Of a stretch of 64,000 nt of DNA, positions 12,163 through 21,694 are shown in pieces (position 1 is the first letter of the stretch; each line of letters starts with the position of its first letter). Made by a program: the position numbers and the translations under genes. The stretch is from assembly GCA_965225945.1 (NCBI GenBank), contig CBDDBZ010000039.1:1-64000 (forward strand), in the 5' to 3' direction. Source of the DNA: Alphaproteobacteria bacterium (lineage in GTDB: Bacteria > Pseudomonadota > Alphaproteobacteria > GCA-2731375). Under the pieces are notes generated by a model. That model saw only the letters and a list, made by a program, of their open reading frames with translations. It did no database searches and was not told the DNA's origin.

Positions 12163-14199
12163 ATGACCACGGCAACGGCAACGGCAAGGGCAACGGCAAC
12201 GGCAACGGCCAAGCGCCGCGGCAACCTGAAACTGCCGCCGAAACAGCTCGAGGATCTCTACGTCACCATGCGCCGCATTCGCGGCTTCGACGAAAAGGTG
12301 GCGGAGCTGTTCAAGGCCGGCGAGATCAAGGGCACCGCCCACAGCTATGTCGGCGAGGAGGCGATCGCGGCCGCCGTCGGCGCCGTCCTCAACGACGACG
12401 ACTACATGGCGAGCAACCATCGAGGCCATGGTCACTGCATCGCCAAGGGCGCGCAGATGGACAAGATGATGGCCGAGCTGATGGGCCGCGACACCGGCTA
12501 TTGCCGGGGCCTCGGCGGCTCGATGCACATCGCCGACATGGAGCTCAACATCCTGGGCGCCAACGGAATCGTGGGCGCGGCGATGCCGCTCTCGACCGGC
12601 GCCGCGCTCGCCTCCAAGCTCGAGGGCAAGGGTCAGGTGGTGGTCGCCTTCTTCGGCGACGGTGCCTCCAATCAGGGCATCTTCCACGAGTCGATGAATC
12701 TCGCCTCGATCTGGAAGCTGCCGATGATCTTCATCTGCGAGAACAACCAGTATGCGCTGTCGACCTCCTATCGCCAGACCACGTCGGTGGATCAGGTGGC
12801 CCTCCGGGCCGGCGCCTACTCCATGACCGGGATTACCATCGACGGGAACGACGTGGTCGAGGTCTACCACGTGGTCTCCGAAGCGGTGGAACGCGCCCGC
12901 GCCGGCGAGGGCCCGACGCTGATCGAGGCGATGACCTATCGCTGGGGCCAGCACTCGATGCGGGCCAATCTGCGCGATCCGCGCCCGGAGGCCGAGTTCG
13001 AGGCCTGGATGGCGCGCGATCCGCTCAAACTCACCGAGCAGGACCTGGTGAAGAGCAAGGCGGCAAGCAAGAAGCGGATCAACGAGATCGGCCGGCAGGC
13101 GGACCAGGAGCTCGACACGGCGATCGAGTTCGGCCGCCAGAGCCCGGAATCGATGATCGAGGTGATGAACGCGGCGGTCTACGCGCCGCACGTCGCCTTT
13201 CAGGAGCCGGGCCCCAAATCGGCGCGCGAGTTGAGCTTCACCGAGGCCTTGAACGAAGCCTTGCATCAGGAGATGGCGCGCGACGATCGGGTCCTGCTGA
13301 TGGGCGAGGACATCGGCGCCACGGGCGGCATCTTCGGCGTCTCTAAAGGCCTGATGGAGGCTTTCGGCGCGGACCGGGTGCGCGACACGCCGATCTCGGA
13401 GGCGACCTTCGTCGGCTGCGGCGTCGGCGCCGCGATCGCCGGCCTGCGCCCGGTGGTGGAGCTCCAGATCTTCGACTTCGTGGCGCTGACCATGGACATG
13501 CTGGTCAACCAGGCGGCCAAGTTCCGTTTCATGCTGGGCGGCAAGGACACGGTGCCGCTGGTAGTGCGCGGGCCGCAAGGTGGCGGCATTCGCATGGCGG
13601 CGCAGCACAGCCAGAGCCTCGAGGCCTGGTTCACCCACGTGCCGGGCCTGGTCGTGCTGGCGCCCTCGACGCCTTACGACGCCAAGGGCCTGCTGGTCGC
13701 GGCGATCCGCGACGACAATCCGGTGATCTTCCTCGAAACCAAGATGCTCTACATGACCAGCAACGGTCCGGTGCCGGAGGAGCTCTATGCGATCCCGATC
13801 GGCAAGGCCGAAGTCAAGCGGGAAGGCACCGACGTCACCGTGGTCGCGACCATGGCGATGGTGCCCCGCGTGCTCTCCGTCGCCCAGCAGTTGGAGCGCG
13901 AGGCCGGAATCAGCGTCGAGGTGGTGGACCCCAGGACTCTGCGCCCGCTCGACGAGGAAACGATTCTCGGCTCGGTGCGCAAGACCAACCGCCTGGTGAT
14001 CGCCCACGAGGCCTGCCAGAAGGGCGGCTTCGGAGCCGAGGTCGCGGCCATGGTGGTGGAAAAGGCCTTCGACGACCTCGACGCGCCGATCGTGCGCTGC
14101 GGCGCGCTCGACGTGCCGATTCCCTACAACGACGAGCTGGAGCGGGCGGTGATCCCGAGCCAGGAGCGGATCGCCGAGGCGATCAGAAGCGTCTTTTAG
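12163..14199 (+). CDS. 2-oxoacid/acetoin dehydrogenase E1 alpha+beta fusion (TPP-dependent)
   Basis: HSYVGEEA, GGSMH, FFGDGASNQG..HESMN TPP motif, DTPISEA, AAQHSQS, VVDPRTLRPLD. Confidence 0.93.
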   Translation: MTTATATARATATATAKRRGNLKLPPKQLEDLYVTMRRIRGFDEKVAELFKAGEIKGTAHSYVGEEAIAAAVGAVLNDDDYMASNHRGHGHCIAKGAQMDKMMAELMGRDTGYCRGLGGSMHIADMELNILGANGIVGAAMPLSTGAALASKLEGKGQVVVAFFGDGASNQGIFHESMNLASIWKLPMIFICENNQYALSTSYRQTTSVDQVALRAGAYSMTGITIDGNDVVEVYHVVSEAVERARAGEGPTLIEAMTYRWGQHSMRANLRDPRPEAEFEAWMARDPLKLTEQDLVKSKAASKKRINEIGRQADQELDTAIEFGRQSPESMIEVMNAAVYAPHVAFQEPGPKSARELSFTEALNEALHQEMARDDRVLLMGEDIGATGGIFGVSKGLMEAFGADRVRDTPISEATFVGCGVGAAIAGLRPVVELQIFDFVALTMDMLVNQAAKFRFMLGGKDTVPLVVRGPQGGGIRMAAQHSQSLEAWFTHVPGLVVLAPSTPYDAKGLLVAAIRDDNPVIFLETKMLYMTSNGPVPEELYAIPIGKAEVKREGTDVTVVATMAMVPRVLSVAQQLEREAGISVEVVDPRTLRPLDEETILGSVRKTNRLVIAHEACQKGGFGAEVAAMVVEKAFDDLDAPIVRCGALDVPIPYNDELERAVIPSQERIAEAIRSVF

Positions 14200-14262
14200 C
14201 GCCAGGATTGGTTCCATGAGTGGGATCGAGATCCGCCCGTCGGGCGGTGGCCTCGATGCCGT

Positions 14263-14892
14263 TCAACCGCCGCCGATCAGGGCCTCCGCGGTGGTCAAAT
14301 CCTCGGGCCGGTTGGCGTTGAAGAAGGGGTCGTGGGGCGCCGTCTCCCAGGCGACCTCGGCGATGCCGTGGCGCGCGGTCCAGAGGTCGATTTTGCGCAG
14401 GCCCTCCTCGCCCAGCGCCCGGCCCAGGTCGGCGGCCATATCGAGCCGCCAGAGGCCGATCACCGGATGGCTCCGCCCGCCCGAGGCGGCGCAGGCGAGC
14501 GGCAGGTCGCGGGCCTCGGCCGCCGCCTTCAAGCGCGCCACCAGATCCCTCGGCAGGAACGGCGCGTCGGTCGGGAAGCTGGCGAGCCAGCGCGCCGCCG
14601 GCACAGTTCGCCCAGCCCAGTGCATCGCCGTCAGGATGCCGGCGAGTGGGCCCTGAAAGCCGTCGATCTCGTCGGCCGCGACCTCCAGCCCGAATTCGGC
14701 GAAGCGGGCGGGATCGGCGTTGGCGTTCAGCAGCAGGCGGGAGACCTGGGGCGCCGCCCGCTCGATCACGTGGGCCAGCAGCGGCCGCCCGGCCAGCGCA
14801 CGCAGGCATTTGTCGCCGCCCCCCATGCGGCGCGCCCGGCCGCCGGCCAACAGCACGCCGGCGACGTCCGCCGCCGCCTCAGGCGGCGTCAT
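14263..14892 (-). CDS. mobA: Molybdenum cofactor guanylyltransferase
   Basis: LLAGGRARRMGGGDK, GPLAGI, PTDAPFLP, FFNANRPEDL. Confidence 0.93.
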   Translation of the reverse strand: MTPPEAAADVAGVLLAGGRARRMGGGDKCLRALAGRPLLAHVIERAAPQVSRLLLNANADPARFAEFGLEVAADEIDGFQGPLAGILTAMHWAGRTVPAARWLASFPTDAPFLPRDLVARLKAAAEARDLPLACAASGGRSHPVIGLWRLDMAADLGRALGEEGLRKIDLWTARHGIAEVAWETAPHDPFFNANRPEDLTTAEALIGGG

Positions 14893-15760
14893 CGGCCCGA
14901 GCGGCCTTTCGCCCGTGGCGCTTCGATTCCGCCGGCACCGCCGCCGGATCGACGTCGTAGACCAGCCGCTCAGGCCCCGCGAGGCAGAGGAAGCGCCGGC
15001 CCCGGGCGCGGCCGATCAGCGTCAGGTTGGCCTGGCGGGCCAGTTCCACCCCCCAGGCGGTGAAGCCCGAGCGCGAGATCACGATCGGGATTCCCATTCG
15101 CACGCACTTGATCACCATCTCCGAGGTGAGCCGCCCCGTGGTGTAGAAGATCTTGCCTTCCGGCCCCTCACGCTCCAGGAACATCCAGCCGGCGATCTTG
15201 TCGATTGCGTTGTGGCGGCCGACGTCCTCCATGTAGACCAACGGCCGATCGGCTTCGCAAAGGACGCAGCCGTGGATCGCGCCGGCGGCGAGATAGAGGC
15301 TCGGCTGGGTGTTGATCTTGCGGGTCAGGCCATAGAGCCAGGAAGTGCGAAGGATCGCGTCCTCCGGCAGTCGCACGCTCCCGAAGCTCTCCATCACGTC
15401 GCCGAAGACGGTGCCCTGGGCACAGCCGGAGGTGAGCGTCTTCTTCGCGAGCTTTTCCTCGAAATCGGTCTCGTGGCCCGTGCGAACGACGACCACGTCC
15501 AGTTCCTCGTCGAAATCGATAGCCGTGATCTCGTCGCCGGGCCGGAGCATGTTCTGGTTCAAGAGGTAGCCGACGGCGAGATAGTCCGGGTGGTCGCCGA
15601 CCGTCATCATGGTGACGATCTCAGCGCTATTGAGGAACAGTGTCAGCGGTCGCTCGACCACGACCCGGGTCTCGGTGGTGGCGCCGGTATGGTCGACTCC
15701 GACCACCCGCTCGGTCAGGCGGCCATCCTCGGGATCGGGCTTGAGGGCGAATTCCTCCAT
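14879..15760 (-). CDS. fdhD: Formate dehydrogenase accessory sulfurtransferase
   Basis: TSGCAQG, GAIHGC, EDVGRHNAIDK, TTGRLTSEMVIK. Confidence 0.95.
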   Translation of the reverse strand: MEEFALKPDPEDGRLTERVVGVDHTGATTETRVVVERPLTLFLNSAEIVTMMTVGDHPDYLAVGYLLNQNMLRPGDEITAIDFDEELDVVVVRTGHETDFEEKLAKKTLTSGCAQGTVFGDVMESFGSVRLPEDAILRTSWLYGLTRKINTQPSLYLAAGAIHGCVLCEADRPLVYMEDVGRHNAIDKIAGWMFLEREGPEGKIFYTTGRLTSEMVIKCVRMGIPIVISRSGFTAWGVELARQANLTLIGRARGRRFLCLAGPERLVYDVDPAAVPAESKRHGRKAARADDAA

Positions 15761-15806
15761 CGCTCGACTATGCGCCAACCGTAAGGCCGGCGCCAGCCGC
15801 CGAGGT

Positions 15807-16853
15807 TCAGGCGAGGCTGTACTGGAAGGCGTAGCCGACGATGACCGAGCCGGCGAAGGCGACGCCCAGGTACCAGAGGAAGACCGGCCAGCGCACCAGG
15901 GCATGGACCGCGATCGCGGCGGGGATCGAGGAGACCGCGCCCGCCGTCATGAAGGCGAGCGCCGCCCCCGGCGCCATGCCGAGGTCCATCAGCCCATCGA
16001 CCAGCGGTATGGCGGCATAGCCGTTCAGATAGGCCGGCATGCCGACCAGCGCCGCCAGCGGCACGTTCAGCGCGCTCTCGCCGCCGATCAGGTTCGCCAC
16101 CAGATCCGCCGGCAGCCAGCGCAACATCAGGCTCTCCAGCGCGAAAGCGAGGATCAGCCACTTGGAGAGGAAGGCGAGGGTCGAAAGCGCTTCCCGGGCG
16201 AACACCCGGCGCCGCTCCGGATCCCGGTAGAAGCGCCACTCGACGTTCGCCTGGGCCAGCTTGGGCGCGCCGCCGCACCCGCCACCGACGTCCCCCCCGA
16301 CGCCAGGTTTCAAAGCGTCGGCGAAGCCGCCCCGGGCGATCACCGCCCAGGTGGCGAAACCACCCAGCAGGCCGAGGGCAATCGCCGCGAATGTCTTGAC
16401 CGTGGCGAAGAGGAAGCCGAGCGGCCCGGCGGTCAGGAAGTACATCTCCGGGTCCATGATCGGCGAGGCCAGCCAGAAGGCCATCACCGCCGGCAGCGGC
16501 ACCCCCATCGCCAGTAGCGCCGCGATCAGCGGAATGACGCCGCAGGAGCAGAACGGCGAGAGCGCGCCGAAGATCGCCGCGACCACGATCGCCTTGCCGC
16601 CGTGGCCGGAGAAGGCGCGGGCGATCAGGCCGTCGGCGCCGCTCGCCTTGGTGCCGGCGGCCGTGGCGATGGCGAGCGCCAGGAACGGCGCGATCGACAG
16701 CAGGGCCTCGAGCACGAAGGCGAGCGCTTCCAGCGTCACGCCGGGCGCCAGCGCGAGGCCGGCCGGCAGGGCGAGGCCGAGCGACAGCCAGACCCGGTCC
16801 ACCCGGCCAGCGCCCTGGGCGAAACGGGTCATCGTCGCCGTCAAGCTCGTCAT
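15807..16853 (-). CDS. Permease, DUF318/ArsP family
   Basis: SPFCSCGVIP, MAFWLASPIMDP, many TM helices; follows an ArsR gene. Confidence 0.85.
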   Translation of the reverse strand: MTSLTATMTRFAQGAGRVDRVWLSLGLALPAGLALAPGVTLEALAFVLEALLSIAPFLALAIATAAGTKASGADGLIARAFSGHGGKAIVVAAIFGALSPFCSCGVIPLIAALLAMGVPLPAVMAFWLASPIMDPEMYFLTAGPLGFLFATVKTFAAIALGLLGGFATWAVIARGGFADALKPGVGGDVGGGCGGAPKLAQANVEWRFYRDPERRRVFAREALSTLAFLSKWLILAFALESLMLRWLPADLVANLIGGESALNVPLAALVGMPAYLNGYAAIPLVDGLMDLGMAPGAALAFMTAGAVSSIPAAIAVHALVRWPVFLWYLGVAFAGSVIVGYAFQYSLA

Positions 16854-16920
16854 TGTCCCATGCTCCCGGAATTATCGAAATTTCCAGCCATGCGCGATTC
16901 CCACCGCATCGCCTCGTCGC

Positions 16921-17262
16921 CTATGCCTTGGCGTGTAGGTGTTCCGCGATCCGCGCCCGCTGCTCGGGCCCGGCGCAGCATTCCCGGGTGAGGAAGGCCA
17001 GCATCGATTCCATGCCCTCGAAATCGGTCGTGCAGATCAGCCGCCGCCCTTCGCGCCGCTGGTGAATGAGCTCGACCCAAATGAGCCGCGAGAGATGGTG
17101 CGTCAGGGTCGAGGCCGGGATTCCCAGCTCGCGCTGCAACGCGCCGACCGCCATGCCGTCCGGCCCCGCCTTGACCAACAGACGGTAGATCGACAGCCGG
17201 GTCTCGTTGCCCAAGGCTTCCAGACAGGCGGCGACGGTCTGCAGTTCGTCGAGTTCGTCCAT
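16921..17262 (-). CDS. ArsR/SmtB family transcriptional repressor
   Basis: ALGNETRLSIYRLLV, STLTHHL, RREGR, C-terminal FLTRECC. Confidence 0.9.
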   Translation of the reverse strand: MDELDELQTVAACLEALGNETRLSIYRLLVKAGPDGMAVGALQRELGIPASTLTHHLSRLIWVELIHQRREGRRLICTTDFEGMESMLAFLTRECCAGPEQRARIAEHLHAKA

Positions 17263-17297
17263 GGCGGCAATATGGCCGCGCGGCGACACCATTGCAA

Positions 17298-17321
17298 CGA
17301 TATTTCTGGAAATATCGAAAT
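17298..17321. promoter_or_regulatory. Putative ArsR operator
   Basis: AT-rich 9-2-9 palindrome CGATATTTC-TG-GAAATATCG upstream of arsR; near-copy GGAATTATCGAAAT at 16868-16881 upstream of the permease. Confidence 0.65.
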
Positions 17322-17378
17322 ATATTCGATTCGAGGGCCCATGGCGCTCCTCGACGCCGCGAGAGGGCATCATGGCGA

Positions 17379-17441
17379 GCGAGGATAAAGGGACGCTATA
17401 CTTATCTTCCAAGGATAAGTATAGCGTCCCTTTATCCTCGC
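17379..17441. repeat. Perfect 28-bp inverted repeat with 7-nt loop (REP/REPIN-like)
   Basis: GCGAGGATAAAGGGACGCTATACTTATC / GATAAGTATAGCGTCCCTTTATCCTCGC. Confidence 0.85.
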
Positions 17442-17627
17442 GGAGCGCCGCCCTGGATCGCCACGGTGCTTCGCGCTTCGCGACGACGAGGTTTTGGTCC
17501 GCGCCAAACCTTGCGACGATGTCGAAGTGTCAGCCTTTCCATGCGATCGGACGATGCACCAATTCGCCGCTTGACCGAGGCCGGAAGGCCGTGATCCCCT
17601 CCGCCCGCCCTCGCCCGGAGTCCCGCG

Positions 17628-18416
17628 ATGACCGAAGATGTTTCCGCGTTGCTCGCCCGTCTCGCGCGTCTCGCCGAATTGGCCGGTGCCGCGATCATGG
17701 AGGTCTATGCCCGCGACTTCGACGTCCGGGCGAAGGCCGACGCCTCGCCGGTGACCGAAGCGGACGAGCGGGCGGAGGTCATCATCGTCGCGGGCCTGAA
17801 GGAACTGACGCCCGACATCCCCGTGGTGGCGGAGGAGATGGTCGCGGCCGGTCGGGCGCCGAGGATCGAGGACGGCCCCTTCTGGCTGGTCGACCCGTTG
17901 GACGGCACCCGCGAGTTCGTCGGCCGCAACGGCGAATTCACGGTCAACATCGCGCTGATTCGCGATTCCCAACCGGTGCTGGGCGTCGTCACCGCGCCGG
18001 CGGCCGAGCTGGGCTTCGCCGGCGCGCTCGGCCGGGGTGCGTGGCGCTGGCGCGGCGGCGGCGCGCGCGAGGCCATCGCCTGCCGCGCGCCCGGCGAAGG
18101 CGGCGCGGTGGTCGTCGCCAGCCGATCCCACATGACGACGGAAACCGAGGCCTGGCTCGCGGGTGTCCGGATCGAGAGCCTGACGAGGGCCGGAAGCTCC
18201 CTCAAGTTCTGCCGCTTGGCGGAGGGCACCGCCGACCTCTATCCCCGGCTGGGCCGTACCATGGAATGGGACACGGCGGCCGGCCACGCGGTGCTGATCG
18301 CCGCCGGCGGCCGGGTCGAAACGCTGGACGGCGCGCCGCTTCGCTACGGCAAGCCCGGGCACGAGAATCCGCACTTCATCGCCCGGGGCCTGGAGCGGGG
18401 CGGCCGGGACTCATGA
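17628..18416 (+). CDS. cysQ: 3'(2'),5'-bisphosphate nucleotidase
   Basis: SPVTEAD, VVAEE, WLVDPLDGTREF, SRSH, EWDTAAGHAVL. Confidence 0.95.
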   Translation: MTEDVSALLARLARLAELAGAAIMEVYARDFDVRAKADASPVTEADERAEVIIVAGLKELTPDIPVVAEEMVAAGRAPRIEDGPFWLVDPLDGTREFVGRNGEFTVNIALIRDSQPVLGVVTAPAAELGFAGALGRGAWRWRGGGAREAIACRAPGEGGAVVVASRSHMTTETEAWLAGVRIESLTRAGSSLKFCRLAEGTADLYPRLGRTMEWDTAAGHAVLIAAGGRVETLDGAPLRYGKPGHENPHFIARGLERGGRDS

Positions 18417-18425
18417 GCACTGGTG

Positions 18426-20565
18426 CTACTTGGCGGCGAAGACGATGGTCTCGCCCCGTTCGCCGGCCCTGAGCCGGGCCAAGTGGAAGACAATCAGGGG
18501 ATCGTCGGGATGCGCCGCGGCCGCCGCCTCGAAAGCGGCGAGCGCCCCCGGGTCCTCCGCCTTTATCAGCTCGTAGGCCGCCATGTAGTCCCGGACGTGG
18601 GCCCGGGTCATCGCCTCGCCGGTCATGGGTTCATAAGCCTTGATCGCGACCGACTTGCCGACCAGCACCAGGTTGCCGGCAGGGCGGCCGATGAAACCGA
18701 TCGCCGCTTCCGCCGCGCTGGCGCTGACGCAGATGTTGGTGCCGAGTTGCCGGTTGACGCTTTCGAGGCGGGCCGTGGTGTTTACCGCGTCACCCAGCGC
18801 GCGATAGTCGAAGATCGAGGCGCCGCCGACGTTGCCGACGATCACCGGGCCGGTGTTGACGCCGATCCGCGTCCGCCCGACCATGACACCTTGCTCCTGG
18901 CTGGCGCCGCGCGAAATCGCGGGCGAAGGCGTCCATGGCGAGCGCGCAGTCGACCGCGCGGCGGCCATGGTCGGCTTGCGGCACCGGGGCCGAGAACATC
19001 ACCGCCACGGCATCGCCGATGATCCGGTCGATCGTGCCCTCGTGGCGGAGCGCCAGCTTGATCATGCCGTCCAGGTAATCGTTCAAGAGCACGACGATCC
19101 GGGCCGGGTCGGCCCCTTCCACCAGGCTGGTGAAGCCGGCGAGATCGGTCATCACGAAGGAACACTCGCGCCGCTCGCCACCGAGCGCCAGGGTCTCCGG
19201 GTTCTCGATCAGATGCTCCACCAGGTTGGGCGAGATATAGGTCGAGAAGGCGTCGCGGATCCATTTATGTTGCCGCTCGCTCTGGATGTGGCGCGGCAGC
19301 GAGCAGCCGATATAGAGCGCCACGGCCGTGATCGTCGGTAGCAGCGGATCGATCAGCAACCGGCTCTCGGTGAAGGCGAACCAGGACGCGGCGATCGCAC
19401 AGGCCATGACCACGACCACGACCACGGCCGACCAGAGCGCGCCGAGCCGCATGATGAGCGGCACCAGCGCCAGCCAGAGGAGGACGAGGAAGATCGCTTC
19501 GGCGCCGCGCACCCAGTCGGGCCGCGTCAGATAGTCGCCCGCGAGCATCTGCTCGATGGCCTGGGCGTGCAGTTCCACCCCCGGCGTCAAGCCGAAGGGC
19601 GTGAAACGGATGTCCTGGAGGCCGGCCGCCGAGGTGCCGACGATGACGATGGCGCCGTCGAGCGAATGCGCCGGGATCTGGTTCTCCAACACCTTCCAGG
19701 CGGAGAGGTAGCGCTCCCGCCCCGGGGCTGTGAAGTGCAGCCAGAGGTTTCCGGCGGCATCCGTCGCCACCTCTCGGTTGCCGATCCGAAGCCCGGAGAT
19801 ACCGCTCGTCGCGGCGAAACTGTCGTCCATCTCGGCTCCGGAGGAACGCAGGACCAGCCGCTCCGCGCCAGTCACGAGACGCGCCATTTCGACCGCGAGC
19901 GAGGGGTACAACTGGTCCCCTAGGCTCACCACCATGGGCACGAAACGGATAATCCCGCCGGTATCGGTGGTGAAGTCGAGGGCGCCCAGGCCGGCCGCCC
20001 CCTCGAGCAGGCCCGGCAGGGGCGCGACGACGCCTCGATAACGCTGGAGGAACGGCCCGGGGTCGTCGCCTCGGACCGCGATCGGCATCTTCGGCGTCGG
20101 CGCCCGGAAGGTCGTCTCCTGGGAGGTGAGGACAAAGCCCAAAATCGTCGGTGCCTTCGCCAGCGCCTCGGCGAAGACCTCGTCGTCGTCCGGCAGAACC
20201 GAGGCGATGGCCTTCAACGCCTCGTTCGCGCCCCAGCGCTCCAGCACCCTGAGCGGCGCGTTGCGGTCCGGCTCGGCGAATATGACGTCGAAGGCGATCA
20301 CCCGCGCGCCGGCGCCATGCGCCCGCTCGACCAATTCCGCCATGCGCGTCCGGGGCCAGGGGCACTGGCCGAGCTTGGCCAGCGAAGCCTCGTCGATATC
20401 GATGATCCGCACCTTGCGGTCCTCGTAGACCCGAGGCGCCAGGCGCTGATAGCCGTCGAAGGCGATGTTGCGCAGTCCCTGGACCGGCCCGGGATTCCAT
20501 ACGAGCAGCGCCAAGCTGAGCAGCAGCACGCCGAAAGAAACCCAGAGCCCGAGATTGCGCAGCAT
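18426..20565 (-). pseudogene. CHASE2-domain adenylate/guanylate cyclase with one frameshift at about 18900
   Basis: IIDIDEASL..GQCPWPR, FDVIFAEPDR, PGVELHA, 3 TM, MTDLAGFT, IGDAV; continues in another frame as RIGVNTG, GDAVNTTARLE. Confidence 0.85.
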
Positions 20566-20717
20566 CTCCCATTGGCATGTGTCGACACATGGTCTGTCAA
20601 GCGGCGGCATCGCGCGCCACGCCACCTTGGGGAAGACTCAGCACTGGCCTGGAAGGGAAGCGGGACGGCCCTGGCACTCGCCGGTTTGGGACGAGGGCCG
20701 AGAGCGAGAGTGCCGCC

Positions 20718-20858
20718 ATGGCTCGAAATCCATTGAGCGAGGCAGAAGTCGAGACCTATCGCCGCGACGGCCTGGTGATCCCGAACTATCGGCTCGACCC
20801 GGAGTTGTTGGCCGCGATGCGCGCCGTCCTCGAGCGGCTTCTCAAAGGGAATGGATGA
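20718..20858 (+). pseudogene. N-terminal fragment of a phytanoyl-CoA dioxygenase (PhyH) family gene
   Basis: MARNPLSEAEVETYRRDGLVIP matches the PhyH N-terminal pattern; ends after 46 aa by running into the convergent gene. Confidence 0.6.
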
Positions 20859-21690
20859 AAGCCGGCCAATAGGCGTCCTCGTCGCCGGCGGCCATGCTGG
20901 CGGCGAGGCGCCGGCGCGCCAACGCCAGGCCCTCGAGCTCGACGCCCAATTCGGCGCGGAGCGTCTCCAGGTAGTCCAGATCCTTCAGCATGTAGCGGGT
21001 CGGAAAGCGGCCCTCGGGAAAGTCGTCGGGCAGCAGGGCGTCGAAGCCGTGCTGGCGCAGCGCGAAGGAATCGGCGCCGCCGGCCAGCGCCTCGAACAAG
21101 ATGGCGCCCTCGACGCCGGCCGCGCGCGCCAGCACCAGCGCCTCGGCGAGCGCGCCCACCTGCTCGGCCAGCACCATGTTGAGCAGCAGCTTGACGGTCT
21201 GTCCGGCGCCGAAGCCGCCGCAGCGCATGACGGTCTTCGCCATTGCCTGGAGCGGCGCCTCGATCGTCGTGAAAATCGCCGGCTCGGCGCCAACCATGAG
21301 GCTGATCTCGCGTCTCGCCACGCTCGCCGCCGTGCCGGCGATCGGTGCATCCGCGAAACCGATGTCTCGTTCGCCGAGACGCTGGGCGAGCTCACGCGCC
21401 AGCGCCGGCGGCGAGGTCCCGCAGTCGACCAGGATCGCGCCCGCGCCCATGTGCTCGATCATCCCCCCGCGGCCGAGCACGGCCCGGCGCACCTCCGCCT
21501 CCCCCGGCAGGACCAGAAAGACGATGCCAGCGCCTTCAGCAACAGCGCCCGAGGTCTCGACCGCCGTCGCGCCAGTGACGACGCGCGCCGGGTCGAGATC
21601 GTGGGTGCGCACGGCCCAACGCCCGTCGCCCGCGAGGTTGCGGCACATGGCGCCGCCCATGACGCCCAGGCCGATGAAACCCAGCTTCAC
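20842..21690 (-). CDS. NAD(P)-dependent oxidoreductase, 3-hydroxyisobutyrate dehydrogenase family
   Basis: GFIGLGVMG, FADAPIAG, GAGQTVKLLLN, YMLKDL. Confidence 0.88.
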   Translation of the reverse strand: MKLGFIGLGVMGGAMCRNLAGDGRWAVRTHDLDPARVVTGATAVETSGAVAEGAGIVFLVLPGEAEVRRAVLGRGGMIEHMGAGAILVDCGTSPPALARELAQRLGERDIGFADAPIAGTAASVARREISLMVGAEPAIFTTIEAPLQAMAKTVMRCGGFGAGQTVKLLLNMVLAEQVGALAEALVLARAAGVEGAILFEALAGGADSFALRQHGFDALLPDDFPEGRFPTRYMLKDLDYLETLRAELGVELEGLALARRRLAASMAAGDEDAYWPAFIHSL

Positions 21691-21694
21691 GGCC

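Noticed and set aside
17263-17412. N-terminal extension of ArsR given by the ORF track
   Set aside because: It runs through the operator and hairpin; the ArsR domain starts at 17262.
20856-20858. TGA of the PhyH fragment as a second Sec codon
   Set aside because: No Cys motif, and the downstream DNA is the antisense strand of another gene.
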